Shown here: one piece after another, positions 16,206-30,988 of the stretch
How positions within the stretch are numbered: the first letter of the stretch is position 1
How the letters are laid out: each line of letters starts with the position of its first letter
NCBI GenBank assembly: GCA_964016885.1
Contig: OZ024742.1
Coordinates: 188,108,001-188,172,000 of the forward strand
Length of the DNA: 64,000 nucleotides
From: Eledone cirrhosa
Taxonomy: Eukaryota
Direction: 5' to 3'
Translations under genes and position numbers: made by a program
Notes under the pieces: model-generated
The model's database searches: none
What the model saw: only the letters and a program-made list of their open reading frames with translations
What the model was told of the DNA's origin: nothing

Positions 16206-16567
16206 TTACATGCAAGTACACACACATATGTATATATATATATAATTATATATACATATATGTGTATATGAACATATGGTTGATTCTTTAAACATTATTA
16301 CTATAACGTACGCAGTGGAAAAGAATATGCGGAAGTATATATTCTTGTTTGTTCATTCATTAAATTATGTCCCTAGGCAATGTTCAAGTATACTGTAGGA
16401 TATTTCATTCCCTCATTTGTTATTATTGTTGCTGTTGTCGTCCTTTTAGTTTATTTCAACACTCATATATATATACTTCATGTTCGAATATTTATTTTTA
16501 TCTTCAAGCTTCTAGACTAAGTACAATAAACACACCTTAGAAATATTCAGTTAATAGTCTATGTATC

Positions 16568-16599
<32 letters not shown>

Positions 16600-16602
16600 C
16601 CA

Positions 16603-16709
<107 letters not shown>

Positions 16710-16713
16710 TATG

Positions 16714-16754
<41 letters not shown>

Positions 16755-16758
16755 TATG

Positions 16759-17700
<942 letters not shown>

Positions 17701-18855
17701 ACAACACCAACCGAAATGGAAGACTACTGAGAGACACCCTGCTGGAGGCGAACTTGATAGCGACCAACCTAAGGTTTAGGAAGAATCCGGGGAAGATGTG
17801 GACCTACATGTCAGATATGCACCTGTCCAAGTCCCAGATTGATTTCATTCTGGTCAGGAAAGAGTGGCGGAATAGTGTTCTGAACACAGAACCATACGAC
17901 TATTTCAGTACACTGGGTAGTGACTACCGGCTTGTTATGAGTGAGGTCCGGGTGAGCTTAAGAAAGAGCAAGGCTCAGCCTCGGAGACCAATCTATGACT
18001 GGCAAGCTTTCAAAGAAGATGCTAAGCTACAGGAGAGGTTCACAGTGGAAGTGAGGAACAGGTTCAGTGCTCTGTGTGGAGAGACAGAGGAGAGAGAGAT
18101 TGGGTGGACTGAGGAGAGTGTGACGAAGAGGTACGGGCACTTCCCCAATGCAGTGGCGGAAGCAAGTGAGACCCTCGTGCCGAGAGGAAAGAACAAAAGG
18201 AAACACATCAGTTCTGCAGACCCAAAAGTGTGTGCAGCTGAAAGCTGCCAGGGACCACTTCTATGCTGATTCTACGAAGGAGAGGATAGAGACTGTGGAA
18301 GTGACTGTGGAGGTGATGAGGCTAGAGAGAAGGCACTGATAGAGAAGATCAGAAGTGTGGAGAGAGCGGTTGACAGGTCTGGATGTAAGGAGACCTGGAT
18401 GATCATCAACGAGATCACAGGGAGGAAGAGACGGTGTTCGAGTCCGATCCAGGGAACAGGGCCCGAGGATAGGAAGAGGAAATGGCTAGACCATTTTAGG
18501 ACCCTACTAGGAGAGCCAGCGTCCACAGCCCAGAGCAGTGGGGAGATCAGGCGGCTGTTTGAAGAACTAGGTATTGAGACAGAGCCCTTCCCCAGAGAGG
18601 AGCTTCAGAGAGCCAAGAAGAAGATCAAGGAGGGCAAGGCTCATGGAGAAGATGGAGCGGCATAAGAGGCGATGAAGAGGTGTGATTTTGATGATATCAT
18701 CCTGGGGTACTGTAACCAGGCACTGGAGAAAGGAGTTGCCCCGAATCCGTGGAGGATCAGTAACATCGTCCCAGTGCCAAAGAAGGGAGATCTCTCTAAC
18801 TCCAACAGCTGCAGGGGGATCTCACTGACGTCACTTGTGGCAAAGACCCTCAACA

Positions 18856-18858
<3 letters not shown>
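17701..18858 (+). mobile_element. RTE-clade LINE, inverted 5' portion (end of APE endonuclease to start of RT)
   Basis: WTY...SQIDFILVRKEWRNSV...GSDYRLV (APE SDH region), VEVRNRFSAL, W....[11 protein letters not shown]....[15 protein letters not shown]; frameshifts and stops present. Confidence 0.92.
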
Positions 18859-18906
<48 letters not shown>

Positions 18907-18918
18907 CATACATATTTA

Positions 18919-19006
<88 letters not shown>

Positions 19007-19011
<5 letters not shown>

Positions 19012-19086
19012 TGTTGAGGGTCTTTGCCACAAGTGACGTCAGTGAGATCCCCCTGCAGTTGTTGGAGTTAGAGAGATCTCCCTTCT
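19007..19086 (-). repeat. Inverted duplicate of 18781-18860 across a (TA)n array
   Basis: 79/80 reverse-complement identity, read directly. Confidence 0.95.
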
Positions 19087-19222
19087 ATATATATATTCGT
19101 CTATCTTCTCTATTCTGGCAGTTGTTCACACGTGCTTTTTTTAAAAGACACTCATTGATCGATACTTATATATGTACTAACACACACACACACGCCCACA
19201 TTCACACACACACACACATATT

Positions 19223-19270
<48 letters not shown>

Positions 19271-20879
19271 AGGGGGGGTTATGCATGTTTATACTTTCGT
19301 TGTGAACTTGAACTCACTTTCAATTAATTAGTACATAACGGGTTTAGATATCGAGGGAAATATTTTATGTTACTGTAAATTGAAACTAAATTGTTTTGGG
19401 GGCAATTCTCATGTGTGAGGATCTGTACTAACGTAACAAATAAAGAAAGGAGGTTGTTTCATTGAAGACATCTAGAATTACGAATGGAATGACTATTAGA
19501 AAACAGTGGATGCCGATTTGATAAATGAAAATGATAACAAAATTGTATATATCAAACAGGATTGGAGAATGATGACTGGTTGTGGAGTTATGGTAACATA
19601 CCCGAGGACTTACTTTCCTTGGCCATCAAAGTCACTGCATATTGTAATACAACAGCTATCTGCATCTATTTTTTTGCGAGCCAGGAAGTCGGATGTTACG
19701 AAGTTTTCATCCTTACATGATATTTACTTACATTTTCTTCTGATATATTTTTCTTGTTTTTATGTGACAAGTTCTTTGGAGGATGGTGTTGATCCATCGT
19801 TCAGATCTTATCACTTGACCATACAATTTTGTTTTGTTCATTCCTTTACACTAGTTAACTGTCGTTTCAATGCTTTGGTGTTTTATGTGATTCGTGCAGA
19901 AGTTGCTCATTAATCTTTTTTAAACATGTTATTTCGAATACGTGTATTTCCTCTAACATCCTGCCGTGAATGTCTACGTCTGGAAGGCATGTAATAAAAA
20001 AATAGGTGCCGAACGCTAGAGAAGGTATGAAAGAAGGATTGGCGACGACCAAAGAGATCTATGATTAGAGATACAAATAATTTAATCTTCCAGTGACTTA
20101 TAAAGGAAAACATCTGACTGAAAGGCAGCAACGTATTATGTGTGCTGTATGGTGGGAATAAATAGTAAGTTATTTCTCTTTAGATAGGTGAAAAAGCAAA
20201 AATATAATTTTCTTCTGGAATGAGGTTGGAAAATATAGCTACAAAATGTTTTATTTTAAGTATGATTACGTAAATCTCAAATTTGGTAGAAAAGAGATTA
20301 TAATCAACCCCAGTTAATATATTTAACCGTTTTAATATCTAACGCCTCAGTCGTATATATCTGCCTGTATTAAAATGTGTATATTTAAATGTAAACCGTC
20401 CGTAACAGTATGTGAATTTTGTATATCTAATGTTTACGAATAATCATTTGGAAAGCCTTCTAGGTATCAATATTAAGAAGCTGATGGCTACCGCATTTCA
20501 GCGGATTCAAGCAGAAGTGGCGAGGGGAAGCTGCCAACACGTTTCTAGCTATGGCCACCATCAGGACAGTGCTTCCACTGCTCTCTGCTAGAATTTGAAG
20601 CAGGCGAAAATACATAGTTTTTTCGCCTATGTAGATGGGATGATTTGCCTCATTTATGTAAGAACATGCTATTTTTCACACAGCAATTTTGTAACGCAGT
20701 AGGTTGTTATTTTAAGAAATTACATCCCAATCTTTAATTTTTATAAAGGTTCATGAAGTACTTTATTAGAAAATGGTCCATTCGATCATACTATTCAACA
20801 TTACTTAATTGTTTCTTTGTAGTTTCTGTTCAATTCGTATCAAAACATTGCTATTTTTATTTTATTATATAGTTCATAA

Positions 20880-21065
20880 GACCGATGGATTGACAGTATC
20901 GGTGGGGCGTCGAGCAACATGATTTGCGACATATAATTTCGTCCGTCTACGGCCTGGGTTCAAATATCATCGGCATTAGCTTTGCCTTTCATCCTTAAGA
21001 GCTCGATGAAATAAAGTACCAGTAACGCACTGGGTCAATTAATCCACTTCCCCACTCCCAAATTA
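20880..21065 (+). mobile_element. SINE family B, diverged
   Basis: GGATTGACAGTATCGG head, GGGTTCAAAT, TTTGCCTTTCATCC, AAATAAAGTACCAGT. Confidence 0.8.
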
Positions 21066-21517
21066 CATAAGAAACTATTATATAGTTCATATACATGGTA
21101 GTGGATGTTTCCAATTCGTTAGACAGTCGGATGAATTTTTTTGTGTCATTTATTTCTGATCTTTGCGTTGGCTGTCTCACTTTGCCTGTTACACACCTGG
21201 AATCGATAAACTAAAATACCATTCAAGTACTAGCTAGATATAATCCACTTAACGCTCCCTACAAATTGCTTGCTTTATCATAAATTAGAAGTGATTATAA
21301 ATTTCAGATTTTTGAGGTGGGGGACTGTCAGATTCGGTAGAGAATTAGACAATTATTTTGCGGTATTTTGTTTGGGTTTTATATTTTAAGAACTCAAACC
21401 CTCTTGTCACAAATATTGAACATATTATATACTTCACGAGATAATTCAAGAAAAACACAGGAGAATAATGTAATCATATCCTATTATGTATTTGTTCTAT
21501 GCTTGATATAGTAGGAA

Positions 21518-21556
21518 GCGTCTCCACATTTCGAAAGTTAGTCCTTCATCAGATGG
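21518..21556 (-). ncRNA. Degenerate minimal hammerhead motif
   Basis: Reverse complement CTGATGA-AGGA CTAAC TTTC-GAAA-TG; stem I and the UH site are decayed; similar to 25791. Confidence 0.35.
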
Positions 21557-21969
21557 TAGAATGAAAGAATGAGGGACAAAAGAAGAAAGAAGTTAGATGA
21601 GAGAAGAAAAGAAAGGAAATTGAAAAACATATAGATTGAATCCAAACGCATGTGTGATTATTCAGCCATCACCATTTCAATTACTTCTGCTGTCATACCC
21701 TCTATTTATTGATACTTTTTAGTAATTTGTTTTCTAAACCAATTTATTTGCGTATTCATAGAGCAGTTATTTGTTTATAAAGATTCACAGTTTGAAATCT
21801 TCACGTAAACATTGATATTTAAAAATCTGAAAATATTGAACTATTTTTCTCGCAAATGTTCGCTATAAAAAAATGTACATTCTATGTGCATTGAACAAAT
21901 ACCAAATTATGTTTACAAAAATATCTGAATCAGTAAAGGGACAGGAGTGGCACATATTCTCTTGATGCA

Positions 21970-22295
21970 ACCCCCCACCACTACCAATGCCACCACCAAT
22001 AACAACTACAACAGCATCAAAATCAGAACGACTATCAGAAACATCACCGCAATCCTTATCACCATCACCACCACCAGCACGAAAATGCCGATGAGAAATA
22101 CCACCATTATAATCACCACCACCATAATCCTTTTTACCATCATCATCATCATCGTCATCATCAGAAAGACGACGACGACGACAAACAGCACAATGACTAC
22201 CATCTCCACCATTGCAATCCCAATCACCTTCATTACCATCACAAAGACAACGACAAACACCATCACCACTTCCAATGCCTCAAACAACAACATTC
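21970..22295. repeat. Degenerate (ACC/ATC/AAC)n trinucleotide low-complexity tract
   Basis: Read directly; the Thr/Ile-rich ORFs are artefacts. Confidence 0.85.
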
Positions 22296-22679
22296 TGATG
22301 AAAAAATATCATGACCTTTTATCTAAAATCTATACTGTTGTTATTGAGTATATTTTTTCGCCTAATGTTGATGGTCTCGTAGAGAAAACTTACTCGTATA
22401 CACTCCTGATTTCTGCTATATGAGTTCAAATCAAACCTTAGCTTTTCCTGCATTCGGGGTGGGTAAATAAAATACCAGACTAATAATTTGGTCTCTTCTT
22501 CTTCTTCCTCTTCTTCTTCTTTATATATTAACACAATGTTCGATGCGTGTCTCATATACTGTCCCCAATCCTATTCCCGTTAAAACTTTTATTTTGCTCT
22601 TTCGGTTTTTGTTAGAAATATTTATTTTTTATATTTTTCTTTATATTTCACATTTTCTAGTTATTTGTCTGCCCCCCCC

Positions 22680-22776
<97 letters not shown>

Positions 22777-23956
22777 TGTTTGTGTGTGTTTCGAAAGGAA
22801 TATACAAAACATGGATAAAAACATTTATACGCAGCACAGAACGTAAACGTTGTCCACATTGCTAATTATAATTCCGCCAAGTATATATTGTGATTATATT
22901 ACAGTTTTTAGATTACTATCAAATATATCGTGGTTAAAAGATCAAGATTAAAGAATATTTTTAAAAGAGCATTTAAGATAAAATTTATATATAAAATAAT
23001 TGGCATACAATCTCAAGCTATAATTTTGAAACCACCACACACGGAAATAACAATATACCTGAGAATATTCGTACAAACACTAGGATGCTATTCTTCATAA
23101 GAAAAGAATAACATATACTTCTGATACACACACACACACATACCCAAACATATAGAGAGCTGCATTACCCAACCACGAAAGTGAAATACGGAAATAAACT
23201 CTAGCCAACCCCACCTCCAGTTTTAACTATAACAACTATGCAGATGATCCAACCACACCTTTTAATGACCCGATGAAGGTTTCAATCCCATTTCAATTTC
23301 CTGTTTTTCTTTTTAACCTTCTCATCATAGATATTTTGCTTTATTTCTGTTTCCATCGCATATTTTCCTATATAGTCTCTTTTGCATCACTTCACAGTCA
23401 ATAAATTTGGGGTATTTAAATAATTATACATTTGTTATTTATTAACCTTTCACACCGGCTTTACAAAATATGTTTTTCCTATGTTATATTACTTGGATTA
23501 TTTAGCTAATAAATGTCATTCTTCTGGTACAACACAGCTGATAGATTAAGGTGTATTTATTGTTTCGGGTGCAAGCCAAACGACTCTCCTTTTTGTCTTA
23601 TTTATGGTACTTATAATGCTTTACTTTACTTTCCATCACTGTATAACTTCAGTCTGTAAATTATAGTTGGTATAAAATGTTTATATATTGCACAGAGCAC
23701 AAAATACAGTCCCGTTTATAATTAAAAAATAGTAACTACAAATCAGAGGAATGAATGATTGACAGTCGCAGCTGGTTTATGTTGAGGTAATGTGGCATAA
23801 GGTAACGAATTAGGAAAGTCGTTTCAACATCGGATAGAATAATTTGCGGTATTCGGTATAGCTCTCTGAAAACTGTGTACAAATCATTCCGTGTTCACCT
23901 CTGCCTTTATTCCTTTCGAGGCTGTTAAAAAAATTACTAATCTAAGTAGTAGGATC

Positions 23957-24105
<149 letters not shown>

Positions 24106-25784
24106 ATCTCTCCCATCTCTCCCTCTCTCTCTTTTCAAATAATCGGCTGTGGAGCGGGATATGCTACGCCGGGTTTTAAAGGAGCATAAGAAACGTAATA
24201 TGTCACCATGCTGTCCACACGACTCCAACTGTCCTTATATATTTCAATACTGCGTGTTATAGACGAATGCATGTGATACAAAATGTTCAAAGAAATGTAT
24301 GTTCAACAGCTGTAGTATGTTATATGTATACGTATGTAGTCTAGGAACTTTCAGCAATGATACTGGTGTAATATGCATGAATAATATGCAGGGAGATATA
24401 TTTTGTTGAAAGAGAAAATAAAACAAATATATTGTTGAACTTTGTGGTTTGTCATTATTGTTGGCTGTCTTTGAATTCCCAGAGTCGTTAGAGCGTCTGA
24501 TTAAATGACATGGTAAGTGTTGTCTGACTCTCTGCTGTGTTTAAATCCCCACCGACGTCAACTTTGCCTTATCCTTTCGGCTCCATGAATAATATAACTG
24601 GCCAGGTGTAGTGAATTCACAGAGTTGTTTAAAAGTTTGACAACATGCTATGTGCTGTATGTTCCGGAGCTGCGCATCTTGAACTTGAAACTCGCCTCTT
24701 GTCACCATAAAAGCGGTGATCCATTTGCCTGGAGTTGCAATCGCAACAAAATATTAACAATAGAAATACCACAATACCAATGGAATGTTAGTTTTCCTCC
24801 TGGTGTGAAGTTCGGCTCATTTTTTCTGTGGTATTAATTATATATATGTGTATATTTCTGTTTCATATATTATGTATTACAACACAAACAGAAATTGTGC
24901 GTGTGTCTGTGTGCGTGTGTGTGTGTGCGTGTGTATGGGTGTGTGTGTGTGTGTAATGTATTTGTGGTGCTTCTCTAATTTTACACTACTGTGACGGCCA
25001 CAGCGAATTCTTTTCTGAAGGTTCCATAAAGTAATAATTACTAAGTACGATTGAAGTCACATATTAATGTATATTTCAAAGATACCCACATCCCACCATA
25101 TTAAAACATAGCTAACCATACCATCCATAATAGATCAACAACTCAGAGTTCACCATATTCTATTTAACTCTATTATTGAATTCTTCTTTAGTCCTAGTTC
25201 TTGTGTGTGACAAGTCATAGACTGTTGGAACATACAAATAACAGTTGGTGAATTATTATTAAGAATGTCAAAAAGCGTTTAATTTTAGACGTGATCATCG
25301 ATGCTTGTAAAGTCGAGTTATTCCAGAATGAAGAATTTTGCAATAATATTCTGTTACCAATGTGGGTAGTGTTGCGAAAATTGGACATTGCATTACATAA
25401 ACGAATTTTCTGATGCATGGCTGCTTGTTGAATTTAATGGAATCGTTTGTGCTACCTGTTTTAGTTGGCATTTCTAAATCGACATGATTGTTGGTGTGGA
25501 CGAAAATATTATCAGAATTATAAATAGGTTTCATTGTAATGTCCAAGTATGCGTGTATTTGTGTGTATATTCACACAAACAGAGATATACATACACACAC
25601 ACACATACGCGCGCACACACACATACACATGCGTATGTGTATATATAATACACTTGACCAACAACTCTCCAAATTAGTTGAATGAAAGCGCACGTGAGTG
25701 TTTTCCTCTTTCGTTTCTCATATATTCCCCGCCTCTTTCTCTTCTCACTCTTCATCTTTATATTGTATACTTTGTTTCTAATTG

Positions 25785-25822
25785 TAGCTACTGATGAAGG
25801 ACTACTATCCGAAATGTTAAGA
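25785..25822 (+). ncRNA. Degenerate minimal hammerhead motif
   Basis: CTGATGA-A-GGA CTACTA TCC-GAAA-TG-TTA; consistent with a CpG-decayed GAAACGTT; stem I weak. Confidence 0.45.
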
Positions 25823-26039
25823 AATATTCTTGTTATTTCAAGCTTTAAACTAATATATTTCTTCAGTCTAAACATTCACGTTTACGTTGTTATTACTGTT
25901 TACTTTACACACACACGCACACGCATACACACGCACACACAAGCACACACAAAGCCACATAACCCCCCCCCCCACACACACACACATGTCAACACATATG
26001 TATATATATATATGTATATATATGTATATATATATATAC

Positions 26040-26265
26040 GTGAAGTCGCGTGCTGAGTAGTTAGAGAAGTGATTTCGCAACCGTTAGATTGTGAGTTCGA
26101 TTCCCTAACCGCACGGGCTGATGCGTTGTGTCCTTGGTTAAAACACTTTATTTCCGGTTGCTCCTTCTGCCTAGAATTGCGACCGATAGATAGTATCAGC
26201 AATTAGAAAGACCAATGGAAACTTTGTTCGCTGGGTCCGATTTGACGAAAGTCGATCGACTTTCG
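26040..26265 (+). mobile_element. tRNA-derived SINE, family A, in (TA)n
   Basis: Homologous to 300-520; B-box GAGTTCGATTC; tail GGTCCGATTTGACGAAAGTCGATCGAC. Confidence 0.85.
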
Positions 26266-26276
26266 ATATATACACA

Positions 26277-26317
<41 letters not shown>

Positions 26318-26515
26318 GTGTGTAGGGGGGGGGGGGTAAAGTAATAACAAAAACAACAAGACAAATTGTACAGTACATGGAAGAAATATATTAGGAAGAC
26401 AGTATTAATGTTTTGGGCACTGGTCCTTCAACAGATGATAGAGTTAGAAATAGAAGATGAATAGAAAGCAAAGAGATATAAGAAGAATGAACGGCGAAAA
26501 TGACAGAAAGTTATA

Positions 26516-26556
26516 CCATGCTGACGATAGCTAATAAGCTTGAAACTAGTACATCG
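26516..26556 (+). ncRNA. Minimal type-I hammerhead ribozyme motif
   Basis: ATG-CTGACGA-T AGC TAATAA GCT T-GAAA-CTAG-TA-CAT; palindromic stem III ACTAGT; predicted cleavage after GUA. Confidence 0.65.
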
Positions 26557-26698
26557 TTCCTGTATCAGTGTTGAACAAAAGGGCCACGATGGTTGCAGAG
26601 CATTGTACGGCGTAATTCGGGCTGTTTGTTTACAAACAAACCGAACATTATAATAAATGTTCGGTAAACCCATACGTACATATATATATGTGTGCATG

Positions 26699-26769
<71 letters not shown>

Positions 26770-26773
<4 letters not shown>

Positions 26774-27214
26774 CACAGACGAAACAACGACATATTCTTG
26801 ACTGTTTTCAAGTCCAGCGTTCGCAAATCGTTCTGATGAGTACCAGTTAAGTTCGAAATGCATCGATGATTGTCCCCATTGTTTCTGTTGGACGTTAACC
26901 AGAGGGCGTCAACCCCGGTGTTTTGCATATCTACGGCTTTCTAAATGTTTACTGGTAAATACCGTATTTCTTTAGAAATACAAAATTCTTATATATATAT
27001 ATATTTTTTTTTTCAACCACATATTTTTTTATTTGTTTGACCCGAATTACTTGGTCGTTTCTATGGTTGTGCGGATGACGGTTTAACCATCGTCTCAGTG
27101 TGTTTGGCATTTAACGTATGTTATAGCTCTGGTTCGTCAGAATTATTGAGCGCTTGACACACATCTCGGAAGTTGTTTCTCGCTAATTCCAAAGCCGAAA
27201 TACGATTCTCGCTA

Positions 27215-27218
<4 letters not shown>
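26770..27218 (+). mobile_element. (TA)n-flanked PLE pseudo-LTR-like island
   Basis: Bounded by long (TA)n arrays; carries an HHR near its 5' end and an ATTGAGCG...CGCTAAT hairpin near its 3' end. Confidence 0.6.
26826..26871 (+). ncRNA. Minimal type-I hammerhead ribozyme motif
   Basis: Stem I AATCGTT/GATGATT (7 bp with GU pairs), CTGATGA, stem II GTAC..GTTC, GAAA, palindromic ATGCAT, cleavage triplet AUC. Confidence 0.8.
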
Positions 27219-27285
<67 letters not shown>

Positions 27286-27723
27286 GGGACATGCTTAATA
27301 TGAAAGACTGAATTCTAAATTCAGTGTATGGCGTTAGAATTGACGTAAGCAAAGATGCATCGATATCTTGTCATATCACCATAATGGTGGTAATGGGAAG
27401 ACGGGCGGAGTGGAGTTTCATGTCACTCAGGGCAAATACTTTATTTGTAGATTCATCTAAATAATGTTTATAACATAAATGTTTGCCAGTCAAGAGAGCA
27501 ATGTACAAATAAACCAAGGAAAACATTGATAAACATCTGCCCCTGTTAAGAAAACAAACATTAAAAATAATGCTAATGATTTAAGCAATGTTTACTCCGT
27601 TTTTTTCTTTCTCATTATTTCTTGGTTTCTATCAATGTTTTCGTAGCATTTATCGGTTTTCTGTGATAATTTCAACATTAGACTCAATAATATTCCTATG
27701 TCCTCGTTATTGTATAGAATGTT

Positions 27724-27912
27724 GGGCGGTGGATTGGCAGTATCGGTAGAGAGTCGGACACCATGCTTTGAAGCATATAGTTACGTCCCTTTTATGATAT
27801 GAGTTCAAATCCCACCAAGGTTAACTTTGCCTTTCATCCTTACGGGGTCGATAAAATAAAGTACCAGTAATGTACTGGGTATTTGCTGGCATTGTGCCTA
27901 AAATAGAAACAG
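27724..27912 (+). mobile_element. SINE family B, full length
   Basis: Close match to the 8221 copy; TSD-like GTTATTGTAT..AATGTT. Confidence 0.9.
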
Positions 27913-28237
27913 TTATTGTATTTAATGTTCTTCAGCCATAACTAGCGTCCGAATCCTTCACCAAAACCCTCATGTTTATGTACCAATCAACTTATCTCAA
28001 TTTAAAAAAAATTCACCGAACGAATCGATCTGCGCAAAATATCCTTTTTATTCCATTATTTCTTTCGGTTGGTAGACAGATTGCGGCCATGCTTGTTAAC
28101 CCCCATGATTTAATCGATCATGTCAATGTCAGTACATTCTCTTCAATCTGGTACATATTTTATCGATGTTGTTTTTGTGGAACCTCTAGACGTAGGTACA
28201 TAAAGACAGATGCAAATGTAAACCCCCCCCCCCCCGC

Positions 28238-28275
<38 letters not shown>

Positions 28276-28929
28276 CACATGCATACAAACGTACAAACGC
28301 ACATATATAGAGAGAAACTTCAGTGTATTTATATTTGAATGAATACACGAATATACGATGGTATATTTCCGTTTTTATCTAACAAATATCACTCACACAA
28401 CTGTATAGAAGCGACATCTTTAAACACTCAGCCATGGTACCGGTTATGTTTATTTATGATTGGCAATTTACTATTTCGTATATTCGTTGTCGAATCGGCC
28501 ATTTGCTAGAAAACGGACACATTTTAATAAAACGACTCGCCGTATTTTTGCCAGGTCTCTGCATTCGGAGGTCAAATCTCTCAGGTCAACTTTGCTTTTC
28601 ATTCTTTCGAGGTCGATATATAAATACTTCTCTCTCTTTCTCTTTCTCTCTCTCTTTCTCACACACACACACTTTTCCTCTTTTTCTTTTTCTTTTTCTT
28701 TCTCTCTCTTTTTCTGTAATTCTCTCTCATGTTCTCTCTTTCTCTCTTTATCTTTCTCTATCCCGTTCTTGGTTTCTCTCTCTGGAAAAAGTCGATTGTG
28801 TTTAGACCTGGAGAGGAATGGGCTACTTAATATACCCAAGGCACATCACAATGGCGCCCTGACGTCTCCATCAGGAATTCAGGTTCATGGAGAGTTGAAT
28901 AATTTTCGATATATAAACTGATTTATTCG

Positions 28930-29185
28930 TTAATTTGGTAATAGTACGCTTCTCAATGATAAGGTTTCGGCTTTGATCCCATTGAACATGTTTTTTCAAC
29001 ATAACCTTTGACTTAAGGTTTATTAATGAAACCGGGTACACAGAATATATTTGGAAGTATAATAAACGTACAATATTTGTAATTCAAGTGGCAAGGCTTG
29101 CTATATGATGTGTCACGCTGAGACTCCCTGAGACATACGTTCAGAATACACGTGTTTCAGAAATTCTCAGACAATTACTCTATAA
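28930..29185. mobile_element. Old SINE remnants (family C head; minus-strand TGTCACGCTGA..TCCCTGAG segment)
   Basis: Segment 29080-29180 is similar, in reverse complement, to the right flank of the 53850-54490 array. Confidence 0.5.
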
Positions 29186-29202
29186 TTATTTCTACTTTTG
29201 GT

Positions 29203-29361
29203 ACAAGGGCAGCAATTATTCCAGTGTATTACTGGTACTTTATTTTATAGATTCCGTAAGGAGGAAAGGCAAAGTTAACCTCGACGGGATTTGAACTCAG
29301 AAACTCTATGCGACAAAGCATGGCGTCCGACCCTCTACCGATACTGCCAATCCCCCGCCCT
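29203..29361 (-). mobile_element. SINE family B
   Basis: Reverse complement of the family core; TSD ATTACTCTATAAT. Confidence 0.88.
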
Positions 29362-29623
29362 CTATTACTCTATAATACAAATTGTACTGTGCTAACAATT
29401 CAAAGATCTTGTTATATTAGGTATTATGTTATGTTACAAGACCCAGATGATTGTCTTAAGGATAAGACTACCAATGGGATGCTCAGCAAATGTTTTCAAA
29501 GTGGGCGTTACCGCCCCCGGGGAGGGGGGTGAGAAGGTCTAGAGGAGCGCCGGCCTATTGTGGAGGTGCTGCTCAAATGATACATATTCTATAAATAGAG
29601 TAGAAAAAAAAATATAATATGTA

Positions 29624-30400
29624 TCTATATTACTAAAACAGAGAATGTCTGTTTATCTGTCTGTCTGTTCAATCACTAAAACTCGAAAACCGCCCAACCG
29701 ATTGTTTTTAAACTTTACACGTGTAATACATATGGTCCTATTGAGTGTTCTGAGCAAAAGAACATTCAAATTTTCAATTCGTTAGTGACCGCATTAGGCG
29801 ATTTAGCGATCTCTTTCTCTCTCTCTTAAACTTTCTCTTCATAGATATGACGTCGCGCCTTTATAATATCTGTCTGTATGCCTGGCTGTCTGCATTACGT
29901 CATTATGACGCGATCAGAGTGTGTGTATATGTATATATAGTGTGTGTGTATATATGTATAAATATATAGTGTGTGTATATTTATATATTGTTATGCCAGG
30001 GAATTTCTTCACGAACCAAAGTATCGTCTTCCTGTTTTCCTTCAGTTGCAACGGTTTACGAAATATTTACATCTGCGTTCACAGATTGATTTTTTTTTAG
30101 TTTCAGAGTATCCCGTTAAGGTTGAAAGCAGCGATTCTTTGCTTAAACTTTAATATGTTATTTTAATATAGATATTCGTGTGCAGATATTTTTGCATACA
30201 CAAAAACAAAATATAAACAAACAAGACCAACGATTACATTAGATAGTTTTAGTGTACTTCATACTGCTTTTAGGTAGAACATCCCGTGAAGGGTATAAGC
30301 AGCGATTCATTTTCTGCATTCACAGATTTTATTAGTTTCAGAAGATCCCGTTAAGGTTGAAAGCAGCGATTCTTTGCTTAAACTTTATTCTGTTATTTTA

Positions 30401-30456
<56 letters not shown>

Positions 30457-30595
30457 GTGTACAGATATTCTTGCATACACAATAACAAAATATAAACAAA
30501 CGTATTTATTTCACGACGCTCTATAAGGATAAGTATATATCAAATATATAAGAACCCTAGAGGAAATCCCGAGCAACGCCGGGCCATTCTGCTAG
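29624..30595 (+). mobile_element. Non-autonomous Helitron
   Basis: 5' TC (TCTATATTACTAAAAC) preceded by A; 3' CTAG followed by T; subterminal hairpin CCCGAGCAACGCCGGG at 30568-30583; internal tandem duplication; internal homology to 40760-40930. Confidence 0.85.
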
Positions 30596-30779
30596 TTATA
30601 AATAAATTAACGATTTTATTTATATATTATTTACAATTTGTATGTATGCAGGTCTCTCTGGAAATAGGGTTGGCTGAGGGTATTACGTGGCTGTGAGTGT
30701 GGGTGGGTCGCCCAATATGTTAAGAATCTCTGTTTTACAAAGTAATATGTGGGTGTCTCAATGCAAATTATTAAAATAA

Positions 30780-30988
30780 TGATTTCTACTATAGGCACAA
30801 GGGCAACAATTCTTTGGGGGAGGGGAAAGTCGATTATATCGACCTCAGTGCATTACTGGTACGTTATTTACCCACACTGTAAAGATAAGAGGCAGAGGTA
30901 ACATCCAAGGGATTTGAAATCAGAACCAAAGCGACATAACTCTATTCCACAAAGCTTGCTGTCCGTCTCCCAACCGATACTGCCACTC
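30780..30988 (-). mobile_element. SINE family B, diverged
   Basis: GGCACAAGG..CAGTGCATTACTGGTAC..GGATTTGAAATCAG..CCGATACTGCCA. Confidence 0.8.

Noticed and set aside
27045-27148. Long-spaced CTGACGA...GAAA on minus
   Set aside because: No convincing stem II, U16.1 is missing, and it is opposite to the island's orientation.
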